DNA of 40,290 nucleotides from Chloroflexota bacterium (lineage in GTDB: Bacteria > Chloroflexota > Limnocylindria > Limnocylindrales > CSP1-4), in assembly GCA_046352645.1 (NCBI GenBank), contig JBJTJV010000051.1:1-40290 (forward strand). Direction: 5' to 3'. A program made the translations under genes and the position numbers. The first letter of the stretch is position 1. The number at the start of each line of letters is the position of its first letter. A model generated the notes under the pieces. That model saw only the letters and a list, made by a program, of their open reading frames with translations. It searched no databases and was not told where the DNA came from. Positions 9,790-17,896 of this stretch are shown piece by piece.

Positions 9790-10998
9790 ATGCGCATCGT
9801 CGAACTCGTCACCCACCGCACCCCGATCCAGCCGAACATCTGCATCCTCGAGCTGCGCTCGGATGACGGCCACACCGGCCTCGGGGAATCGTTCTGGGGC
9901 GCGGAGGCCATCGAGGCGTACCTCCACGCGACCGCGGCGCCGATCCTCGCCGGGGTTGTGGATGCGACCCCCGCGGCAGCCCAGGTCGCGCTCCGGCCGT
10001 ACGTCGGCTTCGCCGGGTCCGGCGCCGAGACCCGGGGGATCGGTGCGGTGGATATCGCGCTCGGGGACCTCCTCGGCCGCGCGGCCGGGCGCTCGGTGAT
10101 GCGCCTGCTCGGGGGCCCGGTCGTGCCGCAGCTGCGCGTCTACAACACGTGCGCGGGCTATGCCTACGTCTCGCGCGAGGACCGCCAGTCGAGCGCGAAC
10201 TGGGGGCTGCCCGGTGCGGCCGCCCCGGAGCGTCCCTACGAGGACCTCCAGGCGTTCATGGAGCGCCCTGCCGAGCTCGCCCGCTCGCTCCTCGCCGAGG
10301 GCTTCACGGCGATGAAGGTCTGGCCCTTCGACCCGGCCGCCGAGGCGACGCGCGGTGGCGATCTCCCGTACGCCGACCTGCGCCGGGGGATGGCCGTCCT
10401 CGAGGCGATCCGCGCCGAGGTGGGCGATGCGATGGACATCCTCATCGAACTGCACGGGCTGTGGCGGCTGAAGGGGGCGGTGACGCTCCTGCGCCAGCTG
10501 GAGACGATCCGCCCCTGGTGGGTGGAGGACCCGATCCGACCGGACGCGCCGGAGGCCTACCGCGCGCTCCGCGAGCGGACGTCGGTGCCGATCGCGGCGG
10601 GCGAGACGATCGGCGGCCGCCGGGGCTTCAAGGCGCTGTTCGATGCCGCGGCGCTCGACGTCGCGATCGTGGATATCGACTGGGTCGGCGGGATCTCCGA
10701 GGCGGTGAAGGTCGCGTCGCTCGCGGACACGTACGGGGTCGGCTTCGCGCCCCACGACTGCACCGGGCCGATCTCGTTCGCGGTCACGACCCAGGTCGCC
10801 TGCGCCCAGCCGAACGCGGTGATCGCGGAGACCGTCCGGGCGTTCACGAGCGACTGGTACCGGCTGATCGCCGACGGTGGCCCGGCCGTCGCGAACGGCG
10901 TCGTGACGCCGACCGACACACCCGGGCTCGGCGTCTCGCTCCGGCCGGACTTCCTCGCCCGCCCGGACACGATCACGCGGACGACCCGCCTGGGGTGA
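9790..10998 (+). CDS. Enolase-superfamily sugar-acid dehydratase (mandelate racemase/muconate lactonizing family; D-mannonate/D-galactonate dehydratase-like)
   Basis: ORF 9691..10998; start preferred at MRIVELVTH. It has the typical capping-domain N-terminus (GHTGLGES), a barrel with ILIELHG and WVEDP, and IAAGET...DVAIVDI. Confidence 0.8.
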   Translation: MRIVELVTHRTPIQPNICILELRSDDGHTGLGESFWGAEAIEAYLHATAAPILAGVVDATPAAAQVALRPYVGFAGSGAETRGIGAVDIALGDLLGRAAGRSVMRLLGGPVVPQLRVYNTCAGYAYVSREDRQSSANWGLPGAAAPERPYEDLQAFMERPAELARSLLAEGFTAMKVWPFDPAAEATRGGDLPYADLRRGMAVLEAIRAEVGDAMDILIELHGLWRLKGAVTLLRQLETIRPWWVEDPIRPDAPEAYRALRERTSVPIAAGETIGGRRGFKALFDAAALDVAIVDIDWVGGISEAVKVASLADTYGVGFAPHDCTGPISFAVTTQVACAQPNAVIAETVRAFTSDWYRLIADGGPAVANGVVTPTDTPGLGVSLRPDFLARPDTITRTTRLG

Positions 10999-12160
10999 GC
11001 GGCGTCGGGCCGGCTCCGCGATCGCGGGCCGGCAGCACGAGCCATCCGAGCACCGCCGCGAGGAGCGTCGCCGACCCGGTGACCGCGAAGAGGGCCGGCG
11101 CCCCCGCGAACTGGTAGATCGAGCCGCCCACGACCCCCAGGAGGATCGAGGCGATGCTCGCGGTCATCGCCATCAGGCTCTGCCCCGTCGCCTGGAGCGA
11201 GACCGGGAGCAGGGTACCGAGCGCGGAGACCGAGGCGACCGTCATCCCGGCGTATGCGATCCCGTTCACGACCCGCACGCCGATCATCACCGACGGGTCG
11301 GTCAGGAGCGCGAGCACGACGACGCAGGTCCCCATGAGGAGTGCGCTCAGGCCATAGAGCGTGCGCAGGCCGAGCCGTGCGGCGAGCAGCCCCGCAACGA
11401 TGAACGCGGGCACCTCGGCGAAGGATTCGAGGCCGGCCGCGAGCGCCACGTCCGTCGAGCTCCCGCCGAGCTCCTCGATCCGCAGCGGCCGCCACCCGAA
11501 CGCGGCGACCATCCCGAGCGTCCCGAGCCCGAACGTGAGCAGGACGATGGGCAGCCGCGGCTGGGCGGCGAAGGCCGCCGAGCTCGCGCCGCCCCGGCGG
11601 CCGGTCGAAGCGGCGGCGGCGGCGGTGCGCGGGGGATCGGGCAGCGTGAGCGCACAGGCGGCGAAGACGGCGAACCCCGCAGCCGCGACGAACGGCGCGA
11701 TCGCGTAGCCATAGGCCAGGTAGAGGACACCGGCCCCGATCGCGGCCACGCCGAAGGCAAGGCTGAGGGGCACGCGCAGGCGGGCGAAGCTACCCGCCCC
11801 GCGCTCGCGGACCACGACGAGCGCGACCGCATCCATCGTCGGGTTCGTCGTGCCTATGAAGATCCCCTTCGCGATCCACAGGCCGGCGAGGACGAGCGGG
11901 AGGCCGGCGAGCCCGTAGCCCGCGAGCAGCCCCGCCCCCACGAGCGCGGCAAGGACGAGGACGCGGCGGCGCCCCAGGACGACATCGCCGAGGTGGCCCC
12001 AGACCGGTGCGGCGATGACACCGACCGCCGCGCCGATCGCGCCGATCAGCCCCAGCGCGAGGGGGTCGAACCCCTTCGCCGTCTGGATGACCGCGACGAA
12101 CGGGAGGTAGGCCCCGAGCGCGGCGCCGAGCGCGAGGTAGGCAAGCCGGACCCGTCTCAT
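10973..12160 (-). CDS. MFS transporter
   Basis: 395-aa polytopic hydrophobic protein with about 12 helices (GHLGDVVLGRRRV loop motif). It is the last gene of the GH31 operon. Its 3' end overlaps the convergent dehydratase gene by 26 nt. Confidence 0.8.
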   Translation of the reverse strand: MRRVRLAYLALGAALGAYLPFVAVIQTAKGFDPLALGLIGAIGAAVGVIAAPVWGHLGDVVLGRRRVLVLAALVGAGLLAGYGLAGLPLVLAGLWIAKGIFIGTTNPTMDAVALVVVRERGAGSFARLRVPLSLAFGVAAIGAGVLYLAYGYAIAPFVAAAGFAVFAACALTLPDPPRTAAAAASTGRRGGASSAAFAAQPRLPIVLLTFGLGTLGMVAAFGWRPLRIEELGGSSTDVALAAGLESFAEVPAFIVAGLLAARLGLRTLYGLSALLMGTCVVVLALLTDPSVMIGVRVVNGIAYAGMTVASVSALGTLLPVSLQATGQSLMAMTASIASILLGVVGGSIYQFAGAPALFAVTGSATLLAAVLGWLVLPARDRGAGPTPLTPGGSSA

Positions 12161-12214
12161 GCGCCGCGCTTCATCGGCTGCGGAGCGGCTGCCTGGGCGG
12201 GCGAGGACGCGTGA

Positions 12215-13669
12215 TCACCCCGCACCCGGACGGCGGTCGTCCGGGGGCATCGGGATCGGCATGGTCCGTGCCGGCATCGGGGCCATCACGGGCGCCGGGA
12301 CGCCGCTCGTGAGGTCCGCGATCCGGACGGGCATCCCGGTCTGGAAGCACTGGTTCGCCGCCACTCCGACGAGGATCGAGTCGCACCCCGATCGCTCGTC
12401 GGCGGCACGCAGGTACGGGTCGGGCGGCACGCTCGAGAACAGCTCCGCGAGCATCACGGCGTCGCCGCCGCCGTGGCTGCCCGTGCCGATCCACGGCTCG
12501 ATCTCCCGTGGCGCGCCCCGCATCGGGAGGATCCGGATACCGACCGTGTCCTCCTCGATCACGCCCTGGGCGACCGCGACCGGCTCGATCCCGGCCCGCG
12601 CGACGACCTCGTGCTCGAGGCGGCCGGTCGTGCCGTTGAACGCGACCCGGTAGCCCTCCCACGCGCCGTAGGCGGCAAGCGCGTACGTGAGCAGCGCGCC
12701 CGTGTCGTAGCGCACGAGCACGTGCATCGTGTCCTCGATGTCGATCTCCGGTCGGAAGACGCACCGGTCCCGCTCGTAGCCATCATGGTGCTCATGCGCG
12801 GCGTAGAGCGGAGCCAGGTCCACGTCCTGCTCGATGTCCAGATGGAAGGCGCAGTCGGTGGCCTCGGGGCAGGTCCGGCAACGCTCGTGGCTGCCGGTGA
12901 GCCCGAGCCGCCGAGCGGTGGCGGGGGTGTAGAACTGCCGGCTGCCCGTGCCCATCACCTGCACCGGGCGCGCCCCGAGCCACCAGTTCACGAGGTCGAA
13001 GTGATGGGTCGCCTTGTGGACCATCAGCCCCCCCGAGCGCTCCTTGCTGCTGTGCCAGCGCCGGAAGTAGTCCGCCCCGTGGTGGGTATTGAGCAGCCAG
13101 GTGAGCTCGACGGAGAGGATGTCCCCGATGGCGCCGCCCATCAGCAGGTCCTTCACCTGCGTGCTCGTGGGCGCATACCGGTAGTTGAACATCACCCGGA
13201 CGTGCCGCCCGTTCCGCTCCACGGCGTCGAGGATCCGCTGCGCCTTCTCCGCGGTGGTCGTGAGCGGCTTCTCCGTGACGACCTCACAGCCGGCATCGAG
13301 CGCCTGCACGATCACCTCGTCATGGGTCGCGTCCGGGGTCGTGACGATCACGCCGTCGGGCCGGACCTCGCGGAGCATGCGGCCGAGATCGGCCGCGTCG
13401 TAGCAGCGCGGCCGGTCGGCACCGCCGGCGGCGATCCGGTCGGCGGCCAGGCCCAGCCGACCGGCATTCGTGTCGCAGAGCGCCACGACCTCGTTCGCGT
13501 CCCGGAACCGTCCGGCGATCGCATCGAGGTACATCGTCGACCGCGACCCGACGCCGACGCAGGCCCAGCGCGTGCGTCGGCCGGGCGCGTGCGCGCGCGG
13601 GTCCGTGTCGCTCCCGCGTGCGACGTGCGGCGGGGCGTCGGCCGCCTGGGTCGGATCCTGCCTGTCCAT
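12215..13669 (-). CDS. Gfo/Idh/MocA-family NAD(P)-dependent oxidoreductase
   Basis: Rossmann-fold N-terminus (WACVGVGSRS...VVALCD...VIVTTPDATH) and EKPL motif (VVTEKPLTTT). The start ATG at 13669 lies 2 nt after the GH31 stop (TGAGCATG). Confidence 0.85.
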   Translation of the reverse strand: MDRQDPTQAADAPPHVARGSDTDPRAHAPGRRTRWACVGVGSRSTMYLDAIAGRFRDANEVVALCDTNAGRLGLAADRIAAGGADRPRCYDAADLGRMLREVRPDGVIVTTPDATHDEVIVQALDAGCEVVTEKPLTTTAEKAQRILDAVERNGRHVRVMFNYRYAPTSTQVKDLLMGGAIGDILSVELTWLLNTHHGADYFRRWHSSKERSGGLMVHKATHHFDLVNWWLGARPVQVMGTGSRQFYTPATARRLGLTGSHERCRTCPEATDCAFHLDIEQDVDLAPLYAAHEHHDGYERDRCVFRPEIDIEDTMHVLVRYDTGALLTYALAAYGAWEGYRVAFNGTTGRLEHEVVARAGIEPVAVAQGVIEEDTVGIRILPMRGAPREIEPWIGTGSHGGGDAVMLAELFSSVPPDPYLRAADERSGCDSILVGVAANQCFQTGMPVRIADLTSGVPAPVMAPMPARTMPIPMPPDDRRPGAG

Positions 13670-13671
13670 GC

Positions 13672-15735
13672 TCACGCCGTCCTTTCGTCCGTCGCCAGTG
13701 CCGTGAACCAGGTCGCATCGATCCGCAGGTCTGCCCCCGCACGGACGAGGATCGGCATCCGGTCCATGGGGACCGGCAGATCGATCGTCGTGCCGCCGGG
13801 GTGCTCGGTCCCGGACCATGGGTCGATCCAGCGCTCGCCCGCCGGGAGGCGGACCGGCCGGGTCGTCATCCCCGGGGCGGTCACCGGCGCCACGAGCAGG
13901 TCCGGCCCGAGCAGATAGGCGTCCTCCACGTCCGCGAGCTCCGGCCGGTCCGGGTAGGCGAACCAGAAGGGACGCATCGGCGGGGTCGCCTGCGCGACCG
14001 TCTCCGCGAAGACCCGCGCGAGATACGGCCGGAGGCGCGCCCGGAAGAAGAGGAAGCCGCGCAGGATCGCGTAGACGCGCTCGCCGAACGACCAGAGCTC
14101 GTTCTCGTCACCGCTCGCGGTGAAGTCGTCCTCGGAGAAGTCGAGCCCACGCAGCCCGTGGAGGCGCATCACGGGGCTGAGCGCGCCTACCTGGAACCAG
14201 CGGACGAGGAGCTCCCGGAACCCCTCGTCACCGTTGTCCGCACCCACGAACCCGCCGATGTCGGAGTTCCACCAGGGGATGCCGCTCGCCATCATGTTGA
14301 GGCCGGCCTTCACCTGGGCGTCGAGCACCGGCCACGCGGAGAGCGTGTCGCCGGACCAGACGATCGCGCCGAGCCGCTGCGACCCCGCCCACGCCGAACG
14401 GACCATGAGGACCGCGTCCGGGCGGCCGGCAGCGTCGAGCCCCTCGCGGAACGCGGCGGTGGCAAGGAGCGGATAGAGGTTCCCGACCGCATCGCCCGGG
14501 CCGCGGTGGAAGCGTGCGAGCTCCTGGCGGTCGCCATCCTCCGGCCCCGTCAGCTCCGGCTCGCAGGCATCCACCCAGAACGCATCGGCACCGGCGTCCA
14601 GGTATGACCGGCGGACCTGCCGCCACAGCTCGGCCCGCGCGGCGGGGTGGGTGGCGTCGTAGAGGAGGAGGTCCTCGCCGTCCTTCGCATCGAGGTCGGC
14701 GAAGCGGAACGTCGCGGGCGCGCCGTCCGGCCGCCGGACGAGCCAGCCCTCGTCGCGGAAGCGTGCCGCGTTCCCCGAGCGGGGGTTGAGGTGCGGCCAG
14801 ACCGAGACGATCGTCCGGCAGCCGTGCGCGGCGAGCTCACGGATCATCCCCGCGGGGTCCGGCCAGTCGTCCGCACGCCAGTCCCAGTCACCGAAGCGCG
14901 TGGAGTGGAAGAAGTCGACGAGCATCACGTCGAGCGGCAGGCCGCGCCGCCAGTGCTCGCGAGCGACCCCGAGCAGCTGCGCCTGGCTCGTGTAGCGGGT
15001 CCGGCTCTGCCAGAACCCGGTGACCCAGTCGGGGAGCGCGCGCGGCATCCCGGTCAGGTCGTGGTAGCGGGCGAGGATCGCGGCGGGCGTCTCCCCCGTG
15101 TAGACGAGGTAGTCGAGCTGGGCGGTCCGCGCCGCGTGCCAGCGGGTGCGGTCCGCGCCGAGCTCCACCCGGCCCGACGCCGGGGTGTTCCAGAAGAAGC
15201 CGTAGCCCCGGGACGAGATGAGGACCGGGATGCACACGATCGCGTTCTTCTGGGCGAGGTCGATGACATGCCCTGCGAGGTCGAGGCGACCGACCGGCTG
15301 CTGGCCCAGCCCGTAGCGCCGTTCGTCGGGGTCCGCCTCGAACGTGGCCGTGACGGCGAACGACGGCTCGGCCGGGGCGGCAGCGGGATCGGCGAGCCGC
15401 CGGAAGGTGCGGCCCTTCGGGTTCTGGCTGCCCATGATCGGGTGGCCCACGGGCTCGCGGAGGAACGGCTCGGGCTCGCCTGCACGGTGGAACGCGAGGT
15501 GGCCGTCGGAGGAGATGCGCGCGACGATCGCGCCGCTGCGCACATCGGCGCCGCCATCGATGAGGCGCACATCGGCGGCCGATGCCGTCCGGACGACGAG
15601 CGCGTCCTCCACCGGGGCGAACCGACCGTCGATCGCCGCCTGGACCCGGATCGTGTCGCGGCCCCAGGCCTCCACGACGAGCACCTCGCGGCCGAGCGTC
15701 AGTCGCACGCCGTGGGGGGTGGTCTCGATCGCCAT
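13672..15735 (-). CDS. GH31 alpha-glucosidase/alpha-xylosidase-like glycoside hydrolase
   Basis: FWVDACEPE (nucleophile region), VWSGDT and WWNSDIGGF motifs. The start is at MAIETTP, with AGGGAG 9 nt upstream; the ORF-track start at 15753 is less likely. Confidence 0.85.
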   Translation of the reverse strand: MAIETTPHGVRLTLGREVLVVEAWGRDTIRVQAAIDGRFAPVEDALVVRTASAADVRLIDGGADVRSGAIVARISSDGHLAFHRAGEPEPFLREPVGHPIMGSQNPKGRTFRRLADPAAAPAEPSFAVTATFEADPDERRYGLGQQPVGRLDLAGHVIDLAQKNAIVCIPVLISSRGYGFFWNTPASGRVELGADRTRWHAARTAQLDYLVYTGETPAAILARYHDLTGMPRALPDWVTGFWQSRTRYTSQAQLLGVAREHWRRGLPLDVMLVDFFHSTRFGDWDWRADDWPDPAGMIRELAAHGCRTIVSVWPHLNPRSGNAARFRDEGWLVRRPDGAPATFRFADLDAKDGEDLLLYDATHPAARAELWRQVRRSYLDAGADAFWVDACEPELTGPEDGDRQELARFHRGPGDAVGNLYPLLATAAFREGLDAAGRPDAVLMVRSAWAGSQRLGAIVWSGDTLSAWPVLDAQVKAGLNMMASGIPWWNSDIGGFVGADNGDEGFRELLVRWFQVGALSPVMRLHGLRGLDFSEDDFTASGDENELWSFGERVYAILRGFLFFRARLRPYLARVFAETVAQATPPMRPFWFAYPDRPELADVEDAYLLGPDLLVAPVTAPGMTTRPVRLPAGERWIDPWSGTEHPGGTTIDLPVPMDRMPILVRAGADLRIDATWFTALATDERTA

Positions 15736-15819
15736 CCGGTGCGTCTCCCTCATGGGTGCGGCGGGTAACGGGGGATGTACCGCCGCGCCGTGCGGCCGTA
15801 CACCACGTGACGGATCGGG

Positions 15820-16035
15820 CTAGATGGTCGCCGCGCGGTGGGAAGTGCCGGAGATCTCCCGCACCCGGGCGAGCTCCGCGAGCTCCCGGTGCTCGCCACC
15901 TCCCCCGTGCGCATCGAACGGGAGCTCCGGCACGGGGAACGCCGGGTGATCGGCCCGGAGCGCATCGAGCGGCAGGTCGGCGTACGACAAGGCGCGTCGC
16001 TCCATGGTGCGGCACGATGCGCTGGGCGATGGCAT
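15820..16035 (-). CDS. Small hypothetical protein (71 aa; 61 aa if the start is ATG 16005), first ORF of the GH31 operon
   Basis: Third-position G/C content is very high, like the real genes here. AAGG lies 7 nt upstream of the ATG at 16035. The ORF sits between the candidate minus-strand promoter at 16065-16093 and GH31. No family is recognised. Confidence 0.35.
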   Translation of the reverse strand: MPSPSASCRTMERRALSYADLPLDALRADHPAFPVPELPFDAHGGGGEHRELAELARVREISGTSHRAATI

Positions 16036-16044
16036 CGTCTCGCC

Positions 16045-16074
16045 TTGACCCGCACCGGACGACCAGCGTACGCT
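16045..16074 (+). promoter_or_regulatory. Candidate promoter TTGACC-N18-TACGCT for the GH63-like/UxaC/GH13 operon
   Basis: -35-like hexamer at 16045-16050 and -10-like hexamer at 16069-16074. The predicted start site falls at the left edge of palindrome copy 4. Confidence 0.4.
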
Positions 16075-16093
16075 GAAGAGGTTGAACGTTCAA
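16065..16093 (-). promoter_or_regulatory. Candidate promoter TTGAAC-N17-TACGCT for the small-ORF/GH31 operon
   Basis: On the minus strand the -35 is the right half of palindrome copy 4 (16093-16088) and the -10 is at 16070-16065. The -10 is part of a second palindrome, AGCGTACGCT (16065-16074), which supplies TACGCT on both strands. Confidence 0.4.
16082..16093. promoter_or_regulatory. Candidate operator, copy 4 of 4: TTGAACGTTCAA in the divergent GH31 / GH63-like intergenic region
   Basis: Exact 12-mer with flanks GAGG...GTCGGAG, as at copy 2. Confidence 0.6.
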
Positions 16094-16132
16094 GTCGGAG
16101 CTGTCCACGGTGGGCCACGGAGAGAGAGGTCG

Positions 16133-17896
16133 ATGACGGACGCGCGGCCCGGCCCGCAGTTCGACCTTGCGACCACGCCGTGGAGCCGCCGCGGCGCCTA
16201 CCTCGCGCTCTCCTCGCTCACCGGCTCGGTGGATCACCCGGGACGGCTTGGCGAGCGGGAGCCGGGGCTCTACCTCTTCGACCTCTCGGGCTGCCGCTTC
16301 TTCGGCGACTGGAACGGCATCCTGCGGCTCGAGGGCCTGGCGGCCGACCGGCCCGTCCCGCTGACCGTCCGTTCGGCGACGCCCGCGCGCGTCGTCCTTG
16401 CTGTGGCGACGGGCACGATCGAGGTCGCCTGGGACGGCCCTGCGACGCTTCGGTTCCGGGGCTCGGGGACGGGGCTCCGGCTCACCGTGAGCGTGGTCGA
16501 CCCGCTCGACAGCCATCTCGGCTTCCCGATGCCGGACGGGTCGTGGCGGCTGCTCATGGGCGAGAACCCCCACCTCGCGGTCGCAGCGGTCGTCGGCCGG
16601 ATCGCGGTCGTCGCACCGCGCGTGCGCACGGGTCCGGCGCCCGCGATCCCGGATCGGACCACCATCGATGCGCTGCCCGGACCGGACGGGTCGTTCGAGA
16701 TCGCCCTCACCCAGTACGTGACGAGCCATCGCGAGCCGGCGACGCGTCGCCCCTTCACCGAGTGCGTCACCCACGTGGAGGACGCGGTTGCGGCGTTCAC
16801 GGCCGCGTTCCCGCCGGTCCCCGCGGGCGCGGAGGACGGCCGCGACCGGGCGGCGCACCTCGCGTGGTCGTCGATCGCCGGGCCGCGCGGCGCCCTCCGC
16901 CGTCCGGCCCTCCTGATGAGCAAGAACTGGATGTTCGCGACGTGGAGCTGGGACCACTGCTTCAACGCGGTCGGACTGGCGCCGGCGCATCCCGAGCTCG
17001 CATGGGACCAGCTGATGGCGGTCTTCGACCGGCAGGCCGACGACGGCGCCGTCCCCGACCTGGTCCACGATGCGGGGGCGATGTACGGCTGGGTGAAGCC
17101 ACCGGTCCACGGCTGGGCCGTCCGGCGGCTCGCACGGGTCGGCGTCCTCACCGATGCGCGAACTGCCGAGCTCTACCCCCACCTCGCAGCGTGGATCGAC
17201 TGGTGGTTCCGCATGCGCGACGCGGACGGTGACGGGCTGCCCGAGTACCACCACGGCAACGATTCGGGCTGGGACAACGCATCGATCTTCGACATGGGCT
17301 TCCCCGCGGCGAGCCCGGACCTCGCCGCCTACCTCGTCATCGGCCTCGATGTGCTCGCGGAGCTCGCCGAGCGCCTCGGCCGTCCGGTCGGCGAGGCCGC
17401 CGTGTGGCGGGCACGCGCCGACGCGACGCTCGCGGCGCTCCTCGACCGCCTGTGGGACGGCGGCCGATTCCGGGCGCTCCGCGTGCCGGACGGCGCGGCG
17501 AACCAAGCGAGCCGGAGCATCATCCCATTCATCCCGATGCTCCTCGGCGACCGGCTGCCCGCGGCGGTCCGTGGCGCGCTCGTCGCGTCGTTCCGGACCA
17601 GCGGCCTGGTGACCGACCACGGTGTCGCGACAGAGGCGCCCGGGTCGCCGCTCCACGTGGAGGATGGCTACTGGCGCGGGCCGATCTGGGCGCCCACCAC
17701 GCTCCTCGTCATCGACGGCCTGCGCGCCTGCGGCGAGGATGGCCTCGCGCGCGAGATCGCTGCTCGCTTCCTCGCGCTCTGCCGTCGGTCGGGGTTCGCC
17801 GAGAACTTCGCGGCGACGACCGGTGCCCCGCTCCGCGACCCGGCCTACACGTGGACGGCAAGCACGTTCCTCGCGCTCGCAGGAGAGATCGCATGA
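16133..17896 (+). CDS. (alpha/alpha)6-barrel glycoside hydrolase, GH63-like (glucosyl-/mannosylglycerate hydrolase or trehalase-like)
   Basis: The start is at MTDARPG, with a GGAGAGAGAGG ribosome-binding site. Motifs are SWDHCFNA, GDGLPEYHHGNDSGWDNASIFD and DGYWRGPIWAPT. The stop overlaps the next start (ATGA at 17893-17896). Confidence 0.75.
   Translation: MTDARPGPQFDLATTPWSRRGAYLALSSLTGSVDHPGRLGEREPGLYLFDLSGCRFFGDWNGILRLEGLAADRPVPLTVRSATPARVVLAVATGTIEVAWDGPATLRFRGSGTGLRLTVSVVDPLDSHLGFPMPDGSWRLLMGENPHLAVAAVVGRIAVVAPRVRTGPAPAIPDRTTIDALPGPDGSFEIALTQYVTSHREPATRRPFTECVTHVEDAVAAFTAAFPPVPAGAEDGRDRAAHLAWSSIAGPRGALRRPALLMSKNWMFATWSWDHCFNAVGLAPAHPELAWDQLMAVFDRQADDGAVPDLVHDAGAMYGWVKPPVHGWAVRRLARVGVLTDARTAELYPHLAAWIDWWFRMRDADGDGLPEYHHGNDSGWDNASIFDMGFPAASPDLAAYLVIGLDVLAELAERLGRPVGEAAVWRARADATLAALLDRLWDGGRFRALRVPDGAANQASRSIIPFIPMLLGDRLPAAVRGALVASFRTSGLVTDHGVATEAPGSPLHVEDGYWRGPIWAPTTLLVIDGLRACGEDGLAREIAARFLALCRRSGFAENFAATTGAPLRDPAYTWTASTFLALAGEIA

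Noticed and set aside
5866-10755. 1629-aa ORF on the minus strand, the longest in the window
   Set aside because: It lies antisense to four plus-strand genes that have clear family signatures. Its translation is low-complexity and rich in R, P, G and A, as expected for stop-free antisense frames in very GC-rich DNA.
17404-17892. N-terminal extension of the 1412-aa ORF upstream of the UxaC start
   Set aside because: It overlaps the 3' part of the GH63-like gene in another frame, and its sequence is low-complexity. The ATG at 17893, with an AGGAGAG site and an ATGA coupling junction, is the credible start.
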